Origin: Eubacteriales bacterium
Lineage (GTDB): Bacteria; Bacillota; Clostridia; Oscillospirales; CAG-272
DNA length: 64,000 bases
Assembly: GCA_045594445.1 (NCBI GenBank)
Contig: JAZNYL010000111.1
Span: 10,087-74,086, forward strand
Reading direction: 5' to 3'
The stretch's first letter is position 1, and the number at the start of each line of letters is the position of its first letter. The position numbers and the translations under genes were made by a program. Shown piece by piece: positions 33,197 to 41,947 of the stretch. The notes under the pieces were generated by a model. It did not search any database and had not been told where the DNA came from. It worked only from the letters and a program-made list of their open reading frames with translations.

Positions 33197-34291
33197 TTAC
33201 TTTCTGGTGCCCTGCTTGAACATGGACAGCATATCGTCCAGATCGTCGTCAGCAGAGGTTTCCTTTACGGGAATTGCCTTTGCGGGCTCGGTCTTGGGCT
33301 GCAAAGAGATCTTACCGGGATTCTGGTTATCGTCCTTCTTATCAAAGCCGGTTGCGATGATGGTAATCTTCATCTCGTCCTCCAGCTCAGGATCAAAGCC
33401 AACACCCCAAATGACGCTTGCATCGGGATGTGCCTCGTTGGCGATCATGGTGGATGCCAGATCCACGTCCTCCAGACCTACGTCGGGAGATACCATAATG
33501 CTGATCAGAACGCCGCGTGCGCCCTTGATAGAGGACTCGAGCAGCGGGCTGGAGATAGCAGCGCGAGCTGCCTGCTCTGCTTTATCCTTACCGGTAGCAG
33601 CACCGATACCCATGTGCGCGTAGCCTGCATCCTTCATGATGGAGGTTACGTCTGCAAAGTCCAGGTTGATGAACAGAGACTCGTTTACCAGATCGGAAAC
33701 GCTCTTAACGCCGCGATGCAGCACGTTATCTGCGATCTCGAATGCGTTAGCCAGCGTGATTCTGGTATCGGTCACTTGCTTGAGCTTTTCGTTGGGAATG
33801 ACGATCAGCGAGTCTACGTACTGGCTCAGCTCGGCAATGCCTGCCTCTGCCTGCGCAGCTCTGCGAGAGCCCTCGAATGCGAAGGGCTTGGTTACGATAC
33901 CGATGGTCAGAATGCCCATCTCGCGTGCAACGCGCGCAACAACGGGAGCCGCACCCGTGCCGGTACCGCCGCCCATACCTGCGGTTACGAATACCATATC
34001 GGTACCCTGCAGGAACTTCTTAATATCATCCAGGGATTCCTCTGCTGCACGTGCACCGATCTGAGGATTGGAGCCTGCACCAAAGCCCTTGGTCAGCTTT
34101 TCGCCGATCACCAGCTGAAGACCTGCTTCGGATCTGCGAAGTGCCTGTCTGTCTGTGTTGATGGACACGAATTCCACACCGAGGATGTGGCTGCTGATCA
34201 TTCTGTTGACTGCGTTGTTTCCGCCGCCGCCGACGCCGATCACCTTAATATTGACGCCACAATCATAGGTATCGTCATGTTCAAAAGTCAT
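33197..34291 (-). CDS. ftsZ: Cell division GTPase FtsZ
   Basis: IKVIGVGGGGNNAVNRM...GGGTGTGAAPVVA... I placed the start at the ATG at 34291 (GGGAGG RBS) rather than the track's 34321. Confidence 0.93.
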   Translation of the reverse strand: MTFEHDDTYDCGVNIKVIGVGGGGNNAVNRMISSHILGVEFVSINTDRQALRRSEAGLQLVIGEKLTKGFGAGSNPQIGARAAEESLDDIKKFLQGTDMVFVTAGMGGGTGTGAAPVVARVAREMGILTIGIVTKPFAFEGSRRAAQAEAGIAELSQYVDSLIVIPNEKLKQVTDTRITLANAFEIADNVLHRGVKSVSDLVNESLFINLDFADVTSIMKDAGYAHMGIGAATGKDKAEQAARAAISSPLLESSIKGARGVLISIMVSPDVGLEDVDLASTMIANEAHPDASVIWGVGFDPELEDEMKITIIATGFDKKDDNQNPGKISLQPKTEPAKAIPVKETSADDDLDDMLSMFKQGTRK

Positions 34292-34398
34292 GTTATTTTC
34301 CTCCCGAATATTTATCATCATGTTTTTTAATTTCCGTAGTCAAAGCACAACACCTTGTGTCTTTTGGGTAAAGTCAGCCCAAAATATGCCTTATATAT

Positions 34399-34427
34399 AT
34401 AATATAACAAACTCTTAAATAATTCAA
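34399..34427 (-). promoter_or_regulatory. Possible ftsZ-proximal promoter
   Basis: The minus strand reads TTGAAT (34427-34422), a 17-nt spacer, then TATTAT (34404-34399), within the AT-rich 194-bp ftsQ-ftsZ spacer. Confidence 0.35.
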
Positions 34428-34485
34428 GAGGTTTCGCAAAAATAATTGCAATAATTTATGAAAAATTCACAATTTTTCGCGCTTA

Positions 34486-35397
34486 TCACGACCGCGGAGC
34501 ATCCAGATCCACGTCGTTTGCGGGATAGATGGAATACTGTGAGGATCCTACCAGAATGATATACTTCTGATCCGGGTCCACCTCTGCCGCGTCAAGAATC
34601 TGCTCTGCGACCGAAAGCTTTTGCAAAAAATCCTGCTCGTCGCGCACGCGGCCGAAGTCCACGCGGTATTTGCTGTCAAAGGTGACGCGGACGTCAAATT
34701 TTTCGGAAAGATCCACGCAAGTCGGCGTGCCTTCCAAGGCTGCATTCTCCAGATAAGTCAGAAATTCCGTGATGTACGCAAAATCCTGCTCGGTTTTGGC
34801 CCCCTCTTCGGTTTCCTCCTCGCGGGTAAAGCGCAGCTTGCTGGCTCTGCCCGGCTCGGTCTCGTCCAACACGGGCGCGGGGATGGCGATTTTACTGAGC
34901 CCCAGCTCGGCAAACCGCTGCCCGTCACGCGCAGCGTCCACCACGCGCAAATCCGCTCCGATGGCCAGCCAGCCGGTATGCGGCTTGCCGCCGATCTGCG
35001 TATCGTAATAGAAATAATACAAGGGCTGCTCCTGCTTGACGCTGACGTGCAGCGTTGCGGGAAATTCATATCTGACCTCGGCACTCTCTAAATAAAGCAG
35101 CTTGTCCATCAGCTTTTTCTCGGCGCGACGCGGCAGCAGATTCAAAACCGGCGTCCATGCAGACTTGTCCAGCGCCTCCAGCAGCTCCTGCTCGGTGTAG
35201 TGGGATTGATTGGAGTCAATCTCCACGCGCAGCACCGGAAATACTGCAACAACCAGCAAAATCAAGGCAAAAAACGCAATTACAGCACCAATCACGGCCG
35301 TTTTTTTGGTAATTGCCGCCTTTTGCTCGGGCGTATAATTTTTGTGCGGAATCCTTTCAAGTAAGGCGTCCCGCAGCTTTTGCAAGGCCTGCTTCAT
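34486..35397 (-). CDS. ftsQ: Cell division protein FtsQ/DivIB-like (POTRA domain)
   Basis: There is a single N-terminal TM (VIGAVIAFFALILLVVAVF) and then a POTRA-like segment, LRVEIDSNQSHYTEQELLEAL...AEVRYEFPATLHVSVKEQ. The position between murG and ftsZ also fits. Confidence 0.75.
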   Translation of the reverse strand: MKQALQKLRDALLERIPHKNYTPEQKAAITKKTAVIGAVIAFFALILLVVAVFPVLRVEIDSNQSHYTEQELLEALDKSAWTPVLNLLPRRAEKKLMDKLLYLESAEVRYEFPATLHVSVKQEQPLYYFYYDTQIGGKPHTGWLAIGADLRVVDAARDGQRFAELGLSKIAIPAPVLDETEPGRASKLRFTREEETEEGAKTEQDFAYITEFLTYLENAALEGTPTCVDLSEKFDVRVTFDSKYRVDFGRVRDEQDFLQKLSVAEQILDAAEVDPDQKYIILVGSSQYSIYPANDVDLDAPRS

Positions 35398-36533
35398 GCC
35401 AAGCGCTCCTTCCCCGAAAGCAACTGCTCGATCTCGGCAAGGATCTTTTGGTTGGCATCTGCCGAGGCAAAGGCCACGATGCGCTCGCGCATCGTTTTTC
35501 TCTTTTGCTCGTCGGCAAGCAGCTCCTCAATGCGCCTCTGCAGACCGCCGTTTGCAAATTCGCTCTCTCTTGCGTACACAGCCGCGCCCGCATCGCCAAG
35601 CGCCTTGGCGTTTTTATACTGATGGTCGTTTGCTACGTTGGGCGAAGGGATCAGCACCGCCGTTTTTTGCATCAGCGCAAGCTCGGAGACGGTCATAGCA
35701 CCCGCGCGGGAAATGACGATATCCGCCGCTGCCATTTGCACGGGCATATCGTAAATATATTCCGAAACACGCACGTTGGGCAGCTTGTCAAGCCCTGCCG
35801 CAGCGTATTTTTCCTTGTACTCCTCGAAGTAATCCTTACCCGTGGCCGTCACGAACAGCACGTCGGGGTTGGATTTGGCCATGCTCCCGATCATTTCAAA
35901 GACGTAGCGGTTGACCATCATGGCGCCTCTGCTGCCGCCAAAGGCCAATACCATATAGCGGAACTTGCCGTCCGCATCGATCTTTCTTCTTGCCTCTGCG
36001 CGGTCGCACGCGCCAAAGGCGCGCAGCAAGGGATTGCCGACCACGCGCGTCTTTTCGGGGCAGTTAAACAGCTCGGCCGCCTCGGGAAAATTGACAAGGA
36101 TGCGATCCACCTTGCCCCTGACCTGCATCAGAGCCTTGCCCGGCAGTGCGTTGGATTCGTGCACCAGGGTGGGAATGCCCATGCGGGAGCCTACCGCAAG
36201 CAGCGGCCAGCTTGCATAGCCGCCCGTACCGATGATAATATCGGGTGCAAACTGCTTGATCAGCTTTTTTGCCTGTCCTTGCGATTTGAGCATGAGATAG
36301 GCCGTGCGCACGTTGCCCGGATGGAACACGGGCGAGCGCATGCCGCAGATATCGATGGAATAGAACTCGCTGTACCTTGTGCGCGACAAAAGCTCCTCTG
36401 CCTTATCCGAGCGTTCGGTGGATGCGGCAAAGGCGATGTGCGCCTCGGGATATTTATGCAGAATGGTATCGGCTATGGCGATGGCAGGGTTGACGTGCCC
36501 TGCCGTTCCGCCACCGGTCATTAAAACGTTCAT
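35394..36533 (-). CDS. murG: Undecaprenyldiphospho-muramoylpentapeptide beta-N-acetylglucosaminyltransferase
   Basis: MNVLMTGGGTAGHVNPAIAIA... I placed the start at the ATG at 36533 (GGAGA RBS). The track's extension to 36614 overlaps ftsW. Confidence 0.9.
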   Translation of the reverse strand: MNVLMTGGGTAGHVNPAIAIADTILHKYPEAHIAFAASTERSDKAEELLSRTRYSEFYSIDICGMRSPVFHPGNVRTAYLMLKSQGQAKKLIKQFAPDIIIGTGGYASWPLLAVGSRMGIPTLVHESNALPGKALMQVRGKVDRILVNFPEAAELFNCPEKTRVVGNPLLRAFGACDRAEARRKIDADGKFRYMVLAFGGSRGAMMVNRYVFEMIGSMAKSNPDVLFVTATGKDYFEEYKEKYAAAGLDKLPNVRVSEYIYDMPVQMAAADIVISRAGAMTVSELALMQKTAVLIPSPNVANDHQYKNAKALGDAGAAVYARESEFANGGLQRRIEELLADEQKRKTMRERIVAFASADANQKILAEIEQLLSGKERLA

Positions 36534-36546
36534 AAGAATCTCCGGT

Positions 36547-37833
36547 TTACTTTTTTTGATACGAATAACGTGAAATGGAAAGAATGATGCCCATCTCGAA
36601 GATCTGCAAGGCAAGCGCCGTACCGCCCGACGAGAAGAATGGCAGCGAAATGCCCGTATTAGGCATAGAATTGGTAACGACTGCGATGTTGAGCAGCGTT
36701 TGCAGCGCGACCTTGGTGGTCAGCCCGTAGACGGTCAGCGCGCAGAATTTGTCGGGAGCGTTTGCCGCGATTTTGTAGCCGCGCCATACCAGCATCACCA
36801 CAAGTCCCATCAGAATCAGCACGCCCAGCATGCCAAGCTCCTCGCAAAGGATTGTAAAGATAAAGTCGTTCTGCGGCTGCGATACGTAGCCGTATTTCTG
36901 CTGGCTCATGCCAAGGCCTCTGCCAAAAAATCCGCCAGAGCCGATGGCGTAAAGGCCTTGCAACGTTTGCCATGCCTCGCCAAGCGGGTCAACCTTGTCA
37001 ATGTTGATCCAGGTATCGATTCTCTGTCTTGCGTAATCGGATACCAGAAGCACGCCGCCAACCACCGTAACACCCGCGATACCGATCACACCAAACCATT
37101 GAAGCTTGGTGCCGCCAAGATACATGACCACGATGCCAAGCACACCCAGAATGATCAGACCGGACAGGTGCTTTTCCAGCATGACAAGACCGCAGATGAT
37201 GCCGATGATCACCACGGGACCCAGTACGCCGTAAGTAAAATGGCCTCCGAATTTCTGTACAGTATTTATCTGCTTTTGGTATTTTGACATAAACAGCGCA
37301 AGGAACATGATCAGCGCCATTTTTGCAATTTCGGAGGGCTGAATGGTAATGCTGCCGATCGCGATCCAACGGTTTGCACCGCCGAATACCGTACCGCTGA
37401 TCAGTACCGCCAAAAGCAGCACGACAGAGCCGCCGTACGCGCAAATGGCAAAGAATTTCCAGAACCAGGGGCGCGCCATGAGTACAAAGGGCGTTGTGGC
37501 AGCTATGGCCAGCACCAGATACATCACGTGCTTTTTGATAAAGTAGGTGGAATCTCCGTGGTACTGCGCTGCGTAGATCGAGCTTGCGCTGTACGCCATG
37601 ATCACGCCGTAAAGGATCAATCCCAGCACGATCAGGAAAAACCACACGTCAATACCGCCGCGCGTCAGCACGCCCGGCTCGGGCAGAGGCTCACCGTGAA
37701 TTTTTCTTTGATAGATCGGATCCTCCGGCTCTAAGATCGCATCCTGCTTTTGGTTGAAGCGGTCGGTCGCTTCCCCGCCCTTAAGGCGCAAAGCGCGCTT
37801 GAATCGCTCCCAATACACCCGATGCTTTTTCAC
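36547..37833 (-). CDS. ftsW: SEDS-family lipid II flippase/peptidoglycan polymerase FtsW/SpoVE
   Basis: About 10 TM segments, with the SEDS motifs IQPSEIAK and PNTGISLPFFSSGG. I placed the start at the GTG at 37833, directly after an AAAGGAGGTGAG RBS. Confidence 0.88.
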   Translation of the reverse strand: MKKHRVYWERFKRALRLKGGEATDRFNQKQDAILEPEDPIYQRKIHGEPLPEPGVLTRGGIDVWFFLIVLGLILYGVIMAYSASSIYAAQYHGDSTYFIKKHVMYLVLAIAATTPFVLMARPWFWKFFAICAYGGSVVLLLAVLISGTVFGGANRWIAIGSITIQPSEIAKMALIMFLALFMSKYQKQINTVQKFGGHFTYGVLGPVVIIGIICGLVMLEKHLSGLIILGVLGIVVMYLGGTKLQWFGVIGIAGVTVVGGVLLVSDYARQRIDTWINIDKVDPLGEAWQTLQGLYAIGSGGFFGRGLGMSQQKYGYVSQPQNDFIFTILCEELGMLGVLILMGLVVMLVWRGYKIAANAPDKFCALTVYGLTTKVALQTLLNIAVVTNSMPNTGISLPFFSSGGTALALQIFEMGIILSISRYSYQKK

Positions 37834-37874
37834 GGTCTCACCTCCTTTATAATCTGATTGGTTTGGTTTATCTC

Positions 37875-38918
37875 TTAAAACAGAACGGTCACAGCAGCCA
37901 CAGCGCACAAAAGCACCGTAACAAGGCTGAACACGACCACGATTTTGCGCTCGCTCCATCCACACTTTTCAAAGTGGTGGTGCAGGGGCGCCATTTTGAA
38001 CAGGCGCTTGCCATGCGTCAGCTTGAAATACAGGATCTGGAACAGGCTGGACAGCATTTCGACGATATACACAAAGCCCGCGATGATGACAGCGACCTCT
38101 ACGTGTGCCATGAACGCACAGCCCATCAGCACGCCGCCGATAAACAGCGATCCCGTATCTCCCATAAACACGCTTGCGGGATGGTGGTTATAGATCAAGA
38201 ACGCGCAAACCGCGCCAAGCAGCGCAGCCGCAACCGCACCCAGCATACCGTTGCTCACCAGCACGGCCATGATTGCCAAGAACAAAGCAACCACCGCGGT
38301 GATGCTGCTGGCAAGGCCGTCGATGCCGTCGGTCAGGTTGGTAGCGTTGACAAAGCCTGCGATCACGATGATATAGATGGGATACGCAATCCAGCCAAGC
38401 TCGATTGCAATCTCGGTAAACGGAATGGCAACGTCGGTATGCAGATTGCCCGTAATGGCCATCATGGCCACGTACGCAGCCGCAAACACCAGCTGCAAAA
38501 GCAGCTTTTGCCAAGCGGTCAAGCCCTGATTCTGCTTTTTGAGCAGCTTGCAATAATCGTCCACAAAGCCGATAGCGGCGTTAAAGACGCCAAGCAGCAG
38601 CGTAAGCGCAAGCGGAATGAGTGCCTTGGACTGCTCTGCGCCGCCCTTGATCAGAAACAGCACCGAGCCAATCGCCAGCACCAGCAAAAACGGCGGAATA
38701 AAGCCGATGCCGCCCATGGTGGGAGTGCCCTGCTTGCTCTCGTGCCACGCAGGTCCCAGCTCATAAATGGTCTGGCCGATCTTTTTGGCGCGCAGTACGG
38801 GAATCAAAAAACGCAGCACGATCGCGCTGATGCCGAATACGGCCACCGCCACGATCAAAGCCTCTGCCGCAATGGCGGCTTGCTCACTCATCTGTAACCC
38901 GAATAATCTCAAAAGCAT
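37875..38918 (-). CDS. mraY: Phospho-N-acetylmuramoyl-pentapeptide transferase
   Basis: PTMGGI...NATNLTDGIDGLA...FMGDTGSL...APLHHHFE are MraY signatures. Confidence 0.92.
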   Translation of the reverse strand: MLLRLFGLQMSEQAAIAAEALIVAVAVFGISAIVLRFLIPVLRAKKIGQTIYELGPAWHESKQGTPTMGGIGFIPPFLLVLAIGSVLFLIKGGAEQSKALIPLALTLLLGVFNAAIGFVDDYCKLLKKQNQGLTAWQKLLLQLVFAAAYVAMMAITGNLHTDVAIPFTEIAIELGWIAYPIYIIVIAGFVNATNLTDGIDGLASSITAVVALFLAIMAVLVSNGMLGAVAAALLGAVCAFLIYNHHPASVFMGDTGSLFIGGVLMGCAFMAHVEVAVIIAGFVYIVEMLSSLFQILYFKLTHGKRLFKMAPLHHHFEKCGWSERKIVVVFSLVTVLLCAVAAVTVLF

Positions 38919-38935
38919 TTTTCTCTCCCTTTATC

Positions 38936-40369
38936 TTACGCGTTCAAACGCTGTTTTACGATGTCATAAACCTCTTCAAGTCTGACGCCTCTGCTTGCTT
39001 TAAGCAGCAGCGCGTCCTGCTTTTGCAGCATGGAGCAAAGCTGCTCGGCGGCCTGCTTCTTTGCCTGCTCTCCCGTATAGGAGTATACCTCGGCACCGCC
39101 GTGGCTCTGCGCGCCTTTGGCAATACGTGCGCCAAGCTCGCCCACCGTGATCAGCACGTCAACATGCTCTGCCGCAAGCGCGCCAACCTGCTCGTGCAGC
39201 TGCACGGTGGTTGCTCCCAGCTCCAGCATATCGCCAAGCAGCGCGATGCGTCTGCCCTGCACGCGCAGCTCACCCAGCGTCTGCAAGGCCGCCCTCATGG
39301 ATTCGGGGCTTGCGTTATAGCAATCGCAAAGCAGCGTTACGCCGCCGATCTGCTCGATCTGCTGGCGCATGGGCATGCCTTGATAATCCAGAATCCCCGC
39401 GCGGATCTGCGCCTCGGGCAGATGGAAAATCTTGCCCGTCACGGCCGCGAACATGGCCGCCATGACCATGTGCTTGCCAAGTGCGGGCACGCGCACGTCG
39501 GTGCGCACCTCGTGCTTGGTATGCAGATCGAATAAAGTATATCCATCTTCCGTATAGCGGATATTCTCGGCACGCACGTCAGCGTCCGGGTTGTCAATAC
39601 CGATATACACCGTGTGTCTGCCCTCTGCTCTCTTGCCTGCCAGCAGCGGCTCGTCGGCGTTGAGCAGCAAAAATCCGCCGTGGCGCAAGCCATCCGCAAC
39701 CTCCAGCTTGGCCAAAGCGATATTTTCGCGCGTGCCAAGATGCTCCAGGTGCGAGCTGCCCACGTTGGTGATCATGGCCACGTACGGGCAAGCCGTGCGG
39801 CTCATGCGGGAAATTTCGCCTCTTGCGCTCATGCCCATCTCCAGCACGGCAGCACGATGGTGTGCCCCCGCCTGCATCAGCGACATGGGCATGCCGATCT
39901 CGCTGTTGAAGTTGCCTGCAGCTGCGTACAGGTTCAGCTCTCGGCGCAAAACGGCTGCCACCATTTCCTTGGTGGTAGTTTTGCCCACGCTGCCCGTAAT
40001 GGCAACCGTTTTCATGGGATCGTTCTCCCCGAACTTTTCAATTCTGTAGCTTTTGGCCAACTGACAAAAGGCTGCCACGCTGTCCTCTACCACAGCCGCA
40101 CCCACGCTCTGGGCACATATATCCTGCGGCACGTACTCGCAAAGAATGCATCTGCATCCCGCAGCGATCACCTGCCCGATATAGTCGTGTCCGTCCACGC
40201 GCTCACCGCGAATGGCAACGAACATGGTATCCTTATCCGCTTCTCTGGAGTCGGTGCAGATATATGAAAACTCCACGCCTGCGCTGCCCGTAAAATCGTA
40301 CAGCTCACCGCCGCAATACGCTGCCGCCTGCGCCAGATTCATGGGTTGCATGCCAAGCTTGATTTTCAT
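38936..40369 (-). CDS. murF: UDP-N-acetylmuramoyl-tripeptide--D-alanyl-D-alanine ligase
   Basis: ITGSVGKTTTKEM is the P-loop, and the rest is typical MurF. I placed the start at the ATG at 40369 (AAGGAGAG RBS). The track's extension overlaps murE. Confidence 0.88.
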   Translation of the reverse strand: MKIKLGMQPMNLAQAAAYCGGELYDFTGSAGVEFSYICTDSREADKDTMFVAIRGERVDGHDYIGQVIAAGCRCILCEYVPQDICAQSVGAAVVEDSVAAFCQLAKSYRIEKFGENDPMKTVAITGSVGKTTTKEMVAAVLRRELNLYAAAGNFNSEIGMPMSLMQAGAHHRAAVLEMGMSARGEISRMSRTACPYVAMITNVGSSHLEHLGTRENIALAKLEVADGLRHGGFLLLNADEPLLAGKRAEGRHTVYIGIDNPDADVRAENIRYTEDGYTLFDLHTKHEVRTDVRVPALGKHMVMAAMFAAVTGKIFHLPEAQIRAGILDYQGMPMRQQIEQIGGVTLLCDCYNASPESMRAALQTLGELRVQGRRIALLGDMLELGATTVQLHEQVGALAAEHVDVLITVGELGARIAKGAQSHGGAEVYSYTGEQAKKQAAEQLCSMLQKQDALLLKASRGVRLEEVYDIVKQRLNA

Positions 40370-40388
40370 ATTCTCACTCTCCTTGTCT

Positions 40389-41891
40389 CTATTGGTCTTT
40401 CGCGCCCTTGCGATATTGCGCCACCGCCTCTGTGACGATGGCCTTTTCGTCAAACGCAAGCCGCTGATCTTGCTTGATTTCATAGTTCTCGTGCCCCTTG
40501 CCGGCAAGCAGGATCACGTCGCCTCTTTTGGCATGGGCGATCACGTGCCTGATCGCCTCGCGTCTGTCCTGTATGACGCGATAGTGCGAGCGTCGGTCAA
40601 CGCCCTTGAGAATATCCGCTATGATGTCCGACGTGGGCTCCGTACGGCTGTTATCCGCCGTGATCACCACGTAATCGGCGTAGCGCGAGGCAATCTGCCC
40701 CATTTGTGCGCGCTTGCCGCGATCGCGGTCTCCTCCGCAGCCAAACACCAGCACCACGCGCTGAGCGCGCTTTTTCAGGCCATGCACGGCACGCAGCAAA
40801 CTCTCCAGCGCGTCCGGCGTATGCGCGTAATCGATCAGCACCGAAAAATCCGCGTCGGCAGGCAGGCAAAGGCGCTCCATTCTGCCCGGTACGGGTGGTA
40901 CCGAGGGCATGCCATCCTTGATTTTCTGCGCCTTGACGCCAAGCAGCATCGCTGCCGCCACCGCCTCTACCGAATTGATCACCGAAAACCGACCGCCAAA
41001 GGAGCAGGCGATGCGCACGCGTGCGTTGGGAGAGACCAGATTGTACTTGACGCCCGAAAAGCTTACGCTGACCTCTTGGGCATAAAAATCTGCGTGCGTG
41101 CTTGCAGCCGAGCAGGTATACGTACCGCCCTGCCGACAGGTGCGCAGCGTTGCCAGTTTTGCATCGTCCACGTTGAGCAGCACGCGCTCGCTTTGCTCCA
41201 GCAGCTTTTTCTTGGCCGCAAAGTAGGCCTCGGGGCTGCCGTGAAAATCCAGATGATCCCGCGTGACGTTGGTAAAAATGCCAAGGTCAAATCGAATGGG
41301 GGCGCACCGCTCCATACAAAGCGCGTGCGAGGTGACCTCCATGACCACGATCTCGGTTCCCTGCGCTGCCAGCTCGGCCAGCATGGGATACAGCACCTCG
41401 GGATCGGGTGTGGTCATATTGGCGGCCGTGCGCTCGTCCTTTGGAAAGATGCCCGCAGGCCCCTCGCACTTGACCGTACCGATCAGCGCGCAGGGGATTT
41501 GCGCGTAACGCAAAAGCTCATACAGCATCCATGACACCGAGGTTTTGCCGTTGGTGCCCGTCACGCCCACGAATTTCATTTTGGACGAGGGTTTTTCGCA
41601 CCATGCGTCCATCAGATACGCAACGGCTGCGCGCGTATCCTCGGCGCGGATCGTGCATAGTCCTTGAGGGATTTCGCCCGCATAGTCCTCTGCGATCACG
41701 GCCGCGCACGCGCCTCTCTTGGCTGCGTCGCCAAGATAAGCGTGGCCGTCCGTCTTGGTTCCCTTCAGGCAGACAAACAGCTGTCCTGCCGTCAGCTTCC
41801 GGGAATCGGTGCAGATGCCGGATACCTTGATCCGCTCTGCACCTGCGGGATGCTTCAATCCCGCTGCTTCACATAAAGTAGAAAGAATCAT
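40389..41891 (-). CDS. murE: UDP-N-acetylmuramoyl-L-alanyl-D-glutamate--2,6-diaminopimelate ligase (dcw-cluster MurE, DNSR variant retaining the Arg)
   Basis: VTGTNGKTSVS is the P-loop. DNSR sits at the DNPR position. The gene lies between pbp and murF. Confidence 0.9.
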   Translation of the reverse strand: MILSTLCEAAGLKHPAGAERIKVSGICTDSRKLTAGQLFVCLKGTKTDGHAYLGDAAKRGACAAVIAEDYAGEIPQGLCTIRAEDTRAAVAYLMDAWCEKPSSKMKFVGVTGTNGKTSVSWMLYELLRYAQIPCALIGTVKCEGPAGIFPKDERTAANMTTPDPEVLYPMLAELAAQGTEIVVMEVTSHALCMERCAPIRFDLGIFTNVTRDHLDFHGSPEAYFAAKKKLLEQSERVLLNVDDAKLATLRTCRQGGTYTCSAASTHADFYAQEVSVSFSGVKYNLVSPNARVRIACSFGGRFSVINSVEAVAAAMLLGVKAQKIKDGMPSVPPVPGRMERLCLPADADFSVLIDYAHTPDALESLLRAVHGLKKRAQRVVLVFGCGGDRDRGKRAQMGQIASRYADYVVITADNSRTEPTSDIIADILKGVDRRSHYRVIQDRREAIRHVIAHAKRGDVILLAGKGHENYEIKQDQRLAFDEKAIVTEAVAQYRKGAKDQ

Positions 41892-41947
41892 GAAAGCCTC
41901 CGAATAGTTTCTCTTTTGGCTTCCTGTTCTTTATTTTTTCCTTGCTT

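Noticed and set aside
33185-41534. Long plus-strand ORFs opposite ftsZ (33185-34330), murG (35313-36524), mraY (37863-38897) and murE (40212-41534).
   Set aside because: All are antisense to unambiguous dcw genes. They are shadow ORFs.
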